A stretch of DNA of 41,438 bases from a virus. Its lineage: Duplodnaviria > Caudoviricetes. Position 1 is the stretch's first letter, and the number at the start of each line of letters is the position of its first letter. Shown here piece after piece: positions 1 through 7,773 of this stretch. The notes beneath the pieces were generated by a model. The model was not told the DNA's origin and did no database searches. It saw only the letters and a program-made list of their open reading frames with translations. A program made the translations under genes and the position numbers. The stretch lies in IMG/VR virus record IMGVR_UViG_3300011335_000526, positions 1 through 41,438 of that record. The stretch is one strand, 5' to 3'.

Positions 1-41
1 GCGAACCGGCGCGCCCCCTCCGGGGGGTGCTGGGAGTACCT
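1..41 (-). other. Putative lambda-like cos packaging site (cosQ-like AGGTACT plus cosN-like end)
   Basis: Window starts and ends with GCGAACC. Joined, the minus strand reads AGGTACT(41-35)-N22-GCGCCGGTTCGC-TGCGGG, similar in layout to lambda GGGTCCT...GGGCGGCGACCT-CGCGGG, and it lies just upstream of Nu1/gpA-type terminase genes. Confidence 0.7.
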
Positions 42-62
42 TTTGATTTGAAAACCCCAATG

Positions 63-186
63 TTTTTGATGCGTTTTGTGGCATTCCGTCGCGTTTTCCC
101 AGTGTTTTTGGCATGTTTCTGCCTCGTTTTGGGCCATTTTAAGCCCATTTTAGGGCGGTTTTTAGGCCGATTTTGACCCCGTTTTT
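63..186. repeat. Helically phased T-tract array (probable intrinsically bent DNA)
   Basis: T runs start at 63, 74, 84, 94, 105, 116, 127, 137, 148, 159, 171 and 182; mean spacing about 10.8 bp; non-coding. Confidence 0.85.
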
Positions 187-190
187 ACCC

Positions 191-547
191 TCAATTTGAC
201 ACCCTCAACCGTGCCGTTCTGACCGCCACTTTCCCCGTACTGAGCGTCGCCGAGATCTTCATTCGGATTGGCTCCGCTGTCTCTAAAATTGCTGTCCCTG
301 CAGCCAAGGCAAATGAGATCCCCTTGTTCGCTGAGATCAATCGTGATCCCTGCCGTGTCGGCACCGATGTGTCAGTGCTGATCACCGTCACCGCTGTAAT
401 TGTTAGGGCGGTATCGTCCGCGCATGTCACCGTTGCTGAACTGATAGTTTCAGCACTCGTAAGCATTGGCCCAAAGTCTGCATAACGTACCAGCGTATCG
501 TCTACGTGCTTGCAAATAGTGCCATCGAAATCGACGCATGTTGTCAT
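191..547 (-). CDS. Small beta-rich phage structural protein (Ig-like; head/tail-fibre associated)
   Basis: 118 aa, Thr/Ser/Val rich; HVDDTLVRYADF..ETISSATVT resembles the KDPxxxLDYxxDW..ETI type of small phage proteins; start overlaps the upstream stop. Confidence 0.55.
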   Translation of the reverse strand: MTTCVDFDGTICKHVDDTLVRYADFGPMLTSAETISSATVTCADDTALTITAVTVISTDTSVPTRQGSRLISANKGISFALAAGTAILETAEPIRMKISATLSTGKVAVRTARLRVSN

Positions 548-762
548 CTGATTCGCTCCGGTAATGCCACAACAACACGGCTGAATTGTGACGCATCAAC
601 ACATCGATCTGGCCTTGCAAACACAGATCGGCTCAACTGACTTGCGACCACACCGCCAGACGGGACGCCAGAATCTGTAGTCGCACCCCCAGCCAAACCC
701 CACGTCCGAAACGCAAAGCCCTGAAAGGCAAACCCCCGTTGTGAGTATCGTCCTTGGCTCAT
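544..762 (-). CDS. Hypothetical protein
   Basis: 72 aa ORF coupled by 4-nt overlaps to both neighbours. Confidence 0.6.
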   Translation of the reverse strand: MSQGRYSQRGFAFQGFAFRTWGLAGGATTDSGVPSGGVVASQLSRSVFARPDRCVDASQFSRVVVALPERIR

Positions 763-1559
763 GCTTTCGTCAGCGTCGGTGCTGTCCTTGTTCCAGTGGA
801 AGTCAACCCTGCCATCGCAACTCGATAGTTAACACCAAACTGTGTGATGTCGTATTGCTCCGTCGACGTTTGCGGATTCGCGACGGCCCCAGAGCCGATT
901 GCCAAAAGCCAACCGGCAGAGTCTTGGATGTTGGCAATCTCCGTACTACCACTCAACCCATCCGCCTGGCAGTCGTGGACATCGGCGGCAATATGATTAG
1001 CCCCGGTGACCTTGACCGCTCTGCCGTTTGTGCCATCGCTAATCAACAGCAACTCACCGAATGAATCTGCTGTAAATGTTTCTGTGGTGAGAGTATTCCA
1101 GATCGCGAGACGACTAGAGGAGTCCAGTTCCGATGCTACTTTGTGCGTCGATGGATCGTATCCGGTATCGGCAAAGTCCTTCAGGTCTGTTGCCGATTGA
1201 GCATCGCCCCCAATCTGAGTCACGTCCGCCGCCAGGACATCAGTTCCAAGCACGATCGCATCATACACAGCCGCGGGAACAACCTGCCGCTCTTTCACTG
1301 GCATCTGGTACGTGGCTTTATTGCACGAAATCTGAATCACTCCGAGCGTGTTGGTGTCAGTTGTCGTTAGCGTCAGTGAGTAGTGCCCATTGCCAGCATG
1401 AGTGAACGTGTTTCCTGACATTGCTGCCCGGCTACCGTTCTTTGTGATGGTTAGATCCGCAATCACTGCGGACGCATATTCTGCCCCGGTCGAATCCAGA
1501 ATCGGACCAACATCAAGAATCACGGATGTTGATTGTCTCGCCATCACGCCCGTTGACAT
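759..1559 (-). CDS. Putative virion structural protein (fibre/baseplate-like)
   Basis: 266 aa, Thr/Ala/Gly rich; beta-sandwich-like N-terminus (GNGHYSLTLTTTDTNTLG); in an operon with the LamG protein. Confidence 0.55.
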   Translation of the reverse strand: MSTGVMARQSTSVILDVGPILDSTGAEYASAVIADLTITKNGSRAAMSGNTFTHAGNGHYSLTLTTTDTNTLGVIQISCNKATYQMPVKERQVVPAAVYDAIVLGTDVLAADVTQIGGDAQSATDLKDFADTGYDPSTHKVASELDSSSRLAIWNTLTTETFTADSFGELLLISDGTNGRAVKVTGANHIAADVHDCQADGLSGSTEIANIQDSAGWLLAIGSGAVANPQTSTEQYDITQFGVNYRVAMAGLTSTGTRTAPTLTKA

Positions 1560-1560
1560 T

Positions 1561-2394
1561 TCACGCTCCTACCAGCAAACGACGACGACGATTGAACGCA
1601 ACTGCTGACGAAGCCCTGCGACGCGGCGCAAGCTCGTAAGCAATTCCCGGACGCAACGCCAATGACCGAATCTCAGACGGAGACAGGATGCGTCGATAGA
1701 GTCTCACATCACTAATTTGCCCATTTAGATGTGTTCCAACATATTCAGACCCTATCGTAAGCGGAAGACTAGCGGATTTAATGGATGCGAACGCTCCGGA
1801 TGAATCGACGTTATTCTGAGCGTCAATCTTCCCATCCACCCAGAACGTGACTGACGTGTATGTCGTTCCGCCGCTCCAGGTCATCACCATGTGGTGCCAG
1901 GTGTTAGCCACCAACCGCCCTGCCGTCCCGCCTGTCCCAAGTCGGGTGCCATACGACACACCGTCAAGCAGGTAAGCAAACGGAGTACCGCTGCCTCCCG
2001 CAAACAATGCCCACTCCGATGGATCTAATGGTGACGCTCCCCGTCTCGCCACCAGCACCCGCCCAAACGATGTAGCCCGAAACCACACACTCACTGAAAA
2101 CGGCTGATTGCCAAGGAATTGACCGGCTGTTCTTGACGCCGTCTCAACACGATCATTCGACCCGTCGAAATCAAGAGCGTATCGCCCTTGGCTTGTTGTG
2201 ACCCAGTCAGTGGCTGGATCCATATTTGTGAGCACGCTGTGTTGTGAGGATCCGCTCCAGTCTCGGAGCGTTAATCCAGTCGGGCCGAGGCATGGAGCCG
2301 CCGCAAAACAGCAACCACGCCACAGCGACGGAAACGCAGGTTCCCCCCCTCTCGATGGTGCATAGAAGCCAGAATTGTAAGTCGGCGTTGCCAT
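1561..2394 (-). CDS. LamG/concanavalin A-like lectin domain protein (putative receptor-binding or decoration protein)
   Basis: Motifs ALDFDGSNDRV, FSVSVWF, WHHMVMTW, LNGQISDVRLYRRILSPSEI typical of Laminin_G_3. Confidence 0.88.
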   Translation of the reverse strand: MATPTYNSGFYAPSRGGEPAFPSLWRGCCFAAAPCLGPTGLTLRDWSGSSQHSVLTNMDPATDWVTTSQGRYALDFDGSNDRVETASRTAGQFLGNQPFSVSVWFRATSFGRVLVARRGASPLDPSEWALFAGGSGTPFAYLLDGVSYGTRLGTGGTAGRLVANTWHHMVMTWSGGTTYTSVTFWVDGKIDAQNNVDSSGAFASIKSASLPLTIGSEYVGTHLNGQISDVRLYRRILSPSEIRSLALRPGIAYELAPRRRASSAVAFNRRRRLLVGA

Positions 2395-2879
2395 TACTGG
2401 ATTTGGTCCGGATTCGGAGTGATGATGATGCAGGTCACGTTTGCAGTGTTCTGCAGATTCTTCGTCGCGGATGCGTTCCAGAGTGCTGGGGACACGTATC
2501 GCTGAGTCAATGGATAGTCGCGAAATCGTGCAATGAAATTCGTTGCCCCGCTGGCGGATTTAGCGATCACAGAACCAACAAATCCGGACACCGGCTGCAC
2601 CGTCAACGCTGCGTCTGACGCTCCAACATTGTCGTCGATGAATGTGCCGTCAGACTCAAGCAGGAACAGATTCAGAGCGTCGCCAACCGCTGGCGATGCT
2701 GTCCACTGGCACACCAGCAGAATCTCGTGCAGCTTCGCTTTTGCACCTGCCCCTCGGTCATGCTGTGCCCCAACTCGGCCAGCCCCGAATGCGAGATTCT
2801 GTGCGGTGATCACTTTATCGCCGCCGGAATCCTTCCAAGTGATCGGAGTGCCCGGCAGCATGTAAATCAGATTGGCCAT
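2394..2879 (-). CDS. Hypothetical structural protein (beta-rich)
   Basis: Track ORF 2394-2906; ATG at 2879 overlapping the upstream stop preferred (MANLIY...). Confidence 0.6.
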   Translation of the reverse strand: MANLIYMLPGTPITWKDSGGDKVITAQNLAFGAGRVGAQHDRGAGAKAKLHEILLVCQWTASPAVGDALNLFLLESDGTFIDDNVGASDAALTVQPVSGFVGSVIAKSASGATNFIARFRDYPLTQRYVSPALWNASATKNLQNTANVTCIIITPNPDQIQ

Positions 2880-3304
2880 CAGTTCCCTCTCATCGCAATG
2901 CGGCATTCAATCGGTGTAAATGTCTGCGGCATATCAGCCATCGCGGCCAGTTCATCCGCCTGCTCTTGCGTCACCAGTTGAGCCTGAATCAATCCGCCAA
3001 CCATCTGCCTCACTTTGGGAAGGTCAAAGTCAATCGCCCGGCCTTTGTTAAGCCAATAAAGGAACGTTATGCACATACCCTTGACGATGTTCGGCGTTTC
3101 CGCAGATTCACGAGCAATTGTTATCGCTGCTAATGTGCCGTTTTCTGCCGCGTGCAATTCAACCTCTTCAGCCGTCACGAGTCTACGAGCCATCGGAGCG
3201 ACCATCGAGCATCGCTCAGAGCACTCAACCCACTGGTCCGCCGCTGCAAACCCGGACGCCTCACTGTCAGCTTCGATCAGTTTTTTTAACTGTTCTTTTT
3301 CCAC
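2879..3304 (-). CDS. Hypothetical helical protein
   Basis: 141 aa ORF, GTG start with AGGGG upstream, first gene of the second structural block. Confidence 0.65.
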   Translation of the reverse strand: MEKEQLKKLIEADSEASGFAAADQWVECSERCSMVAPMARRLVTAEEVELHAAENGTLAAITIARESAETPNIVKGMCITFLYWLNKGRAIDFDLPKVRQMVGGLIQAQLVTQEQADELAAMADMPQTFTPIECRIAMRGN

Positions 3305-3321
3305 CGATCGACCCCTAAAAG

Positions 3322-3349
3322 CTCCGCTGCTGATTGACCAACAGCGGAG
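3322..3349 (-). terminator. Probable intrinsic terminator (possibly bidirectional)
   Basis: Minus strand CTCCGCTGTTG-gtcaat-CAGCAGCGGAG then cTTTT; T run also follows on the plus strand. The stem arms match the cassette-site arm CAGCGGA. Confidence 0.6.
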
Positions 3350-3407
3350 TCGTTTTTTCTCAATAACCCGTGCAAATTCTTCACTTCGTTCAGACTCACC
3401 AAATCAA

Positions 3408-3429
3408 ACGCGGATCAACAGATCCCCTG
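3408..3429. repeat. Degenerate copy of the 7-N7/8-7 inverted-arm site
   Basis: ACGCGGA-tcaacaga-TCCCCTG, 4 bp beyond the stop codon of 3434-3820. Confidence 0.45.
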
Positions 3430-3433
3430 TTAC

Positions 3434-3820
3434 CTACAAACACAACATTCCAAATATAAATAGGCTTCCGATCAGTGCCGCAACACTCAGTTCAGCCACA
3501 CTATCAATACCGGCACGCCTTGCGGCTTCCAAGTGGCAAACCGCCGCTGCGAGCTTCATTGAGTGCCGAAAAAAAATGTTCGCCACCGGACCATGATCGA
3601 ACCACCATTGCGTTGTGTCCCATTGCTTCAGTTTTGAGTACCAAGTGATGCCCCAATAGACGTTATCAGCAAACGCCCCGGCAAACCCTCTTACGATACC
3701 CGCAAGCAGTAATGTGTGACAGCCACCAGTTATTCGCGGCATCCACCCGCGCACAACGGCGAGACACATCAAGGCCGTCAATGCTGATAGCCATGTGTTT
3801 ACCATCAGGATGACGGGCAT
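3434..3820 (-). CDS. Multi-pass membrane protein
   Basis: 128 aa with three or more hydrophobic segments. Confidence 0.65.
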   Translation of the reverse strand: MPVILMVNTWLSALTALMCLAVVRGWMPRITGGCHTLLLAGIVRGFAGAFADNVYWGITWYSKLKQWDTTQWWFDHGPVANIFFRHSMKLAAAVCHLEAARRAGIDSVAELSVAALIGSLFIFGMLCL

Positions 3821-4167
3821 TTCAATCTCTCCAGTAACTGCCGCGTTGCACGCTGCTCAACTGACACATTTTCCATCACGCCGGTAGACCTCAAGATTAA
3901 CGCCTCGAATCTTTCGTCTCTCTCCCTGTGTTCTTCTCGCCGTTGTTGTCTGTCAGCTTCACGCTCCGCCCTGTGTGCAGACATCAAATCGTCAAGAAAC
4001 TTTTGCTGGCGATTGTCCTGTTGTTCGGAACGCGAAAACACCCATCGCAGGATGAAAAACACACCCACGAACATTGCGAAGACAATAAGTCCCAAAATGC
4101 CACCAAGCTGACCCCACAACTCCGGGCCGCCGATCATTGTTGTTGATTGTGCGAGTGTAATGCTCAT
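3805..4167 (-). CDS. Single-TM protein with charged coiled-coil tail (holin-like)
   Basis: LGGILGLIVFAMFVGVFFILRWVF followed by a Glu/Arg-rich helix; RBS AAGGGAG. Confidence 0.55.
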   Translation of the reverse strand: MSITLAQSTTMIGGPELWGQLGGILGLIVFAMFVGVFFILRWVFSRSEQQDNRQQKFLDDLMSAHRAEREADRQQRREEHRERDERFEALILRSTGVMENVSVEQRATRQLLERLKCPSS

Positions 4168-4183
4168 CTCCCTTTCAAAGAAG

Positions 4184-4210
4184 GGGCTGGCCGGTTGTTC
4201 CGGCCAGCCC
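4184..4210 (-). terminator. Intrinsic terminator
   Basis: Perfect 11-bp stem GGGCTGGCCGG/CCGGCCAGCCC with a 5-nt loop, followed by CTTCTTT on the minus strand. Confidence 0.7.
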
Positions 4211-4358
4211 TGCGAAACTATCAGAGCGCGTCAGGGACGACTGCTGTCTGCACTGCACCAAGATTGGTGTAGCCGGTCATGATCCACATCTTGGATTCCA
4301 TTTCCTGAGCAAAAAGCCACCATTGCCATCGCCCTGGACGTCCCTAAACGTCGCAGGG
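4208..4358 (-). ncRNA. Candidate structured RNA in the lysis block
   Basis: Closing stems CCCTGCGA(4208-15)/TCGCAGGG(4351-58) and CGTCAGGGACG(4229-39)/CGTCCCTAAACG(4339-50) enclose hairpins at 4253-4272 and 4282-4296; no convincing ORF. Confidence 0.4.
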
Positions 4359-4363
4359 TTTAT

Positions 4364-4711
4364 TTATTCGCACTCGCTACTTTGTGTGTTTCGCCGTGAT
4401 TCAATCCAAAGCTTTGCCAATTCAATGAGTAGTGGGAATGCCCAATTCCAGAGAAACCAACCGAAGATACCGGCTCCGATCCCGGCTGCCTTGCAATCCG
4501 CCTTCCACCATTCGGCTGTGCTTCTGATCGTCGCGCCAGGCGCAGGATTGATGGCCGCAACAATCCTATTCCATTGGCCTCGTTGTTTCGCGCTCATCGC
4601 TTTCCGCGACTTCCGGCCAGCAGCAACTGGCGACGCGACCTGATCCGCCAGTGCGCGAAAACTCGCCGATTGCTTCTGCCGTTCAGATCGCTCATCAAAT
4701 GCCGCCGTCAT
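4364..4711 (-). CDS. Hypothetical membrane-anchored protein
   Basis: 115 aa with a C-terminal hydrophobic stretch (GIGAGIFGWFLWNWAFPLLI). Confidence 0.65.
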   Translation of the reverse strand: MTAAFDERSERQKQSASFRALADQVASPVAAGRKSRKAMSAKQRGQWNRIVAAINPAPGATIRSTAEWWKADCKAAGIGAGIFGWFLWNWAFPLLIELAKLWIESRRNTQSSECE

Positions 4712-4983
4712 CAGTAATCGATCCTTACCTGACTCAACCTCAGATCCACCAGAGCATGATCCTCGTAAGCTGTCACCCGCAACACATCCGGACTTATCGG
4801 CCCCGGAATATCAATCTCAACGGTCCCGTCTGTCACTGTCAACACTGCCTGTTCGCCATCATGCTTCAGCCTCAAATTGACCGTCTCCGACCATTCAATC
4901 CGCTCGATACGTCCGCTGATTACCGCTTGGATTGCCTCGCGGATGTTTAGATGCCGCAGATCGACCGGCTTAATAAAGCTCAT
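4711..4983 (-). CDS. Hypothetical protein
   Basis: Track ORF 4711-5049; ATG at 4983 overlapping the upstream stop (ATGA) preferred. Confidence 0.6.
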   Translation of the reverse strand: MSFIKPVDLRHLNIREAIQAVISGRIERIEWSETVNLRLKHDGEQAVLTVTDGTVEIDIPGPISPDVLRVTAYEDHALVDLRLSQVRIDY

Positions 4984-5588
4984 CGAAACAAGCCTCCGAA
5001 CAATCCACGCCGCTGCCGCGTGTTCGTTGGGCAGACTCCGCCAGGGCAATTCGATCCTCGATTGATCATCTGCACTGGCTTTGATTTCATCGCGACTGGC
5101 TTGCCGTCATGCAGTTCAGCATGAAGATCCGCCATCTGCTGATGCGTCATGCCGTTCGTGTTTATGCCGTGATCGCTTGTCAGATGTGCTGATGTCTCAA
5201 GGATTGTTGGGTTCCAATCCCCGGCGACACTCCAACGAAGCACGGTCCCGTCTGATGCGGTGCGAGAAGAAGCCGCCGGCGTAGCGACTTGAGAGGAGTT
5301 AGGGGTGTTGTTCGCTGTTGCCGGCGGCTCACTAGACTGGATCACCTCCTGACCTTTGGGGGTTTCGGATTTGACCTGTAGTGCTTCGATGTTGGCCTGT
5401 ATCGCGGCCAGTGCGGTTGTATTTGATTCGACGACTTTCAGGATTTCATCTGATTTTGTCTCGACCGTCTTGGTCGATGTCAGCAGTGCAGACAACTCAG
5501 CAGCACGAGCTGAAACTTCTGGCGATGGCAGTTCGGTTGCTCCGCATCCAAGTGCGAACAGCAGGCAAATAATCAAAGCGATTCTCAT
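4980..5588 (-). CDS. Lipoprotein with coiled coil (possible spanin-like lysis accessory)
   Basis: Signal peptide with lipobox-like LALGC; coiled coil; His-rich motif HLTSDHG..H..MADLH..LH; C-terminal CPGGVCP..RRGLFG. Confidence 0.65.
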   Translation of the reverse strand: MRIALIICLLFALGCGATELPSPEVSARAAELSALLTSTKTVETKSDEILKVVESNTTALAAIQANIEALQVKSETPKGQEVIQSSEPPATANNTPNSSQVATPAASSRTASDGTVLRWSVAGDWNPTILETSAHLTSDHGINTNGMTHQQMADLHAELHDGKPVAMKSKPVQMINRGSNCPGGVCPTNTRQRRGLFGGLFR

Positions 5589-6466
5589 TACGCGATCCCC
5601 CTGCTTGGGCTAAAGTATCCACCACCGCTCACAATTCGATTGTGATACCGCTCAACTGGCTTGTCTGGCATGATCAGATAGCCGCCGAACGGCTGCCATT
5701 GCTTGTTCTGGAGCTGCTCATAGGCTCGCTGGCTCATCAGATACGCTCCGTATCCGTGAGAGTTCCAGACAGTCAGATACCACTTCCCGCCAATCCGAAT
5801 GGCCCCGATGATCTCTGTGGCATGACCGCCGCCTCCAGTCGGGGCTGAATCCATGCACTTATATCCGCCCACGTCGGACACCTTAAACGGCCAGTATGTT
5901 CCGATGTGACCAACTCCGCCGGCTGCGAGGCTTAGCAGTAACTGGCTAAACTCTGGGAGTGCCCCGGACTCGGCGACGAATGTATTCTGGATTCGTGCAG
6001 TCTTCGCCCGTGTTTCGAATCGGCCTACATCTCGTTCGTATGGCTCATAAGCCCAATCAGACTCCAACGGCAGCCCCGGAGGAACGGCCAGAGCTTTGAT
6101 GCCATCAACGCGAAGCATCACCCCTGATTCCATCGACGCGCCGGAGTCTCGACCGACATTTGTGCGGCCCATGATTCGCTCAGACCCTTGGTATCCGTAG
6201 CTATCGGAGTATTGAACGATCGTCCCATTGACCCACTGATGCTGAGCCTCCGCCCCGTTTGCCGTCGCGTTGCCTTCGCAGTCGCTACGCTTCTGATTCT
6301 GCTTCCTCATGATCGACATCAGGAGTTTCGTGCGGGTCTCCAGTCGATCTTCCCAGCCGGGGAGATTATCTTCCGCCATTGCTTTGACGCGGAACGTCGA
6401 CAGAACCTCTCGGATGCCTTCCGGAGTCGATGGCAGCAGCCCGTAGAATTGCAGTGGCTCACTCAT
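5588..6466 (-). CDS. Papain-like (C1-type) cysteine peptidase, candidate lysin
   Basis: QNQKRSDCEGNA (oxyanion Gln and catalytic Cys), GGGHA (His), WNSHG (Asn) in papain order. Confidence 0.8.
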   Translation of the reverse strand: MSEPLQFYGLLPSTPEGIREVLSTFRVKAMAEDNLPGWEDRLETRTKLLMSIMRKQNQKRSDCEGNATANGAEAQHQWVNGTIVQYSDSYGYQGSERIMGRTNVGRDSGASMESGVMLRVDGIKALAVPPGLPLESDWAYEPYERDVGRFETRAKTARIQNTFVAESGALPEFSQLLLSLAAGGVGHIGTYWPFKVSDVGGYKCMDSAPTGGGGHATEIIGAIRIGGKWYLTVWNSHGYGAYLMSQRAYEQLQNKQWQPFGGYLIMPDKPVERYHNRIVSGGGYFSPSRGIA

Positions 6467-6924
6467 CGCGAGTACCTCTCAATCCACGCCGCTTCTTTTT
6501 CTGCGGTCCATTGCTCGCCGCCAAACGCTTTCGCCTCTTCGGTCAGCAGAACAATCCACGCCGCTTCAGCTTTGGGAATGAATCGCGACGACATCCAGGC
6601 GGCTGAATCTGCCTCACTCTTGATTTCACCGGCTTGGAGTGCTTTGGATCGCTCTCCTGATAGGCTGCGGAATGCTGATTCCTGCGCGTCGAAGACGGCA
6701 GAGACTGAATCCGCAGGGACCGGCTCCGGCCCAACCTCAATGCCGCCAGCCGCATAAACGCCAGCCACGGCACCGCAAACAATCCACGCGGCAGCCTTAG
6801 CCCCACCTACAAGCCAAGACCGCCACGCGATTGACTTCGGGGGCGAGACAACGGCAGCAGGGGCTTTCTTAGCCGCTGGCTTTCGCTTCGCTGGTGCCTT
6901 CTTTGCAGGGGCTTTTTTGGCCAT
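6463..6924 (-). CDS. Membrane-anchored protein with Lys/Ala/Pro-rich N-terminus
   Basis: MAKKAPAKKAPAKRKPAAKKAPA, then a hydrophobic segment and a helical domain. Confidence 0.7.
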   Translation of the reverse strand: MAKKAPAKKAPAKRKPAAKKAPAAVVSPPKSIAWRSWLVGGAKAAAWIVCGAVAGVYAAGGIEVGPEPVPADSVSAVFDAQESAFRSLSGERSKALQAGEIKSEADSAAWMSSRFIPKAEAAWIVLLTEEAKAFGGEQWTAEKEAAWIERYSR

Positions 6925-7112
6925 TACTTGGCCGCCTTGCCAAAGTCAGCAAGACCTTGGCTCACAACATAGGCCGCAATCGCACCGATGATCTGCGTAA
7001 TGGCCTCTTCGGGAAGTTGCAGGCCAATTCTGTTACTGGCCACAATCAACACGCCCGCAATCGTCGCGATGGCTTTTTTGCTGGTCAGGACTTCGCCAAT
7101 CAGCTTCCACAT
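6924..7112 (-). CDS. Putative holin
   Basis: 62 aa, two hydrophobic helices, ends QGLADFGKAAK; heads the peptidase block. Confidence 0.65.
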   Translation of the reverse strand: MWKLIGEVLTSKKAIATIAGVLIVASNRIGLQLPEEAITQIIGAIAAYVVSQGLADFGKAAK

Positions 7113-7201
7113 CTTGACACCCCACGACGCGATAAGTCCGCCACATTTTCTGAGGGCGGTCAGCAGTCACAGTGTAGTTATAAGAGCCTAGCGGTTCCGT
7201 T

Positions 7202-7229
7202 AGTGTACCAGGGTTTGAAACGCTGTCAA
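7202..7229 (-). promoter_or_regulatory. Sigma70-like promoter for the lysis block
   Basis: TTGACA(7229-24)-16 bp-TACACT(7207-02). Confidence 0.6.
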
Positions 7230-7242
7230 TGGCTTAGGGCAA

Positions 7243-7263
7243 CACCGGAGTTCCGATCCGCTG
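7243..7263. repeat. Cassette-boundary site 1
   Basis: CACCGGA-gttccga-TCCGCTG, 4 bp beyond the stop of 7268-7564. Confidence 0.8.
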
Positions 7264-7267
7264 TTGA

Positions 7268-7564
7268 TCAGGCCTCAAATCTCGTTTTGATTTGCTCAAC
7301 TGCCCGATCAACATTGTCGCACAGTATTTCGTACGCCTCATCCCAATTCGCCATTAGTTTACGATCGTTAATCGCACTGGCGTCGTTTTCAGGCGGGTCA
7401 ATGTAAATGTCTGAATCAGATGACAATGCCCTCACGATCAACGTCAACCACGCACGCTTTTTGCTGTCAGACGGCATTCGTCGATTCAAAATCTCTTCGA
7501 TATGCTCGTACACCACAGAGTCTTCTGTTGTGTTATCAAATTCAAAAATTGTCTTGAGTGCCAT
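7268..7564 (-). CDS. Hypothetical protein (single-gene cassette)
   Basis: 98 aa; RBS GGGGAG; bounded by sites 1 and 2. Confidence 0.75.
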   Translation of the reverse strand: MALKTIFEFDNTTEDSVVYEHIEEILNRRMPSDSKKRAWLTLIVRALSSDSDIYIDPPENDASAINDRKLMANWDEAYEILCDNVDRAVEQIKTRFEA

Positions 7565-7583
7565 TTTTTATTCTCCCCGCGCC

Positions 7584-7604
7584 TATCGGACGTGCTGACC
7601 TCTG
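7584..7604. repeat. Cassette-boundary site 2
   Basis: TATCGGA-cgtgctg-ACCTCTG. Confidence 0.75.
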
Positions 7605-7623
7605 TTGATTTCCGGATAAATTT

Positions 7624-7710
7624 TCATAAGTGCTGTGAAATGAAAACCAAAGTTACGGCCACCCACACAAGGAACATAAACACAACATTTCGTTTCATGT
7701 CTTTCGTCAT
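7624..7710 (-). CDS. 28-aa hydrophobic peptide (not in the ORF track)
   Basis: MTKDMKRNVVFMFLVWVAVTLVFISQHL; GAGG upstream; only plausible content between sites 2 and 3. Confidence 0.5.
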   Translation of the reverse strand: MTKDMKRNVVFMFLVWVAVTLVFISQHL

Positions 7711-7752
7711 CTCTGCCGCCTCATTCTGAATGGTACTGTTTCTTGTGTTACA

Positions 7753-7773
7753 CAGAGGTATGGTTATCCGCTG
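7753..7773. repeat. Cassette-boundary site 3
   Basis: CAGAGGT-atggtta-TCCGCTG, directly abutting the stop at 7774-7776. Confidence 0.85.

Noticed and set aside
3569-3576. A8 run inside the membrane gene as a slippage switch
   Set aside because: The ORF is intact across the run and no useful alternative frame was seen.
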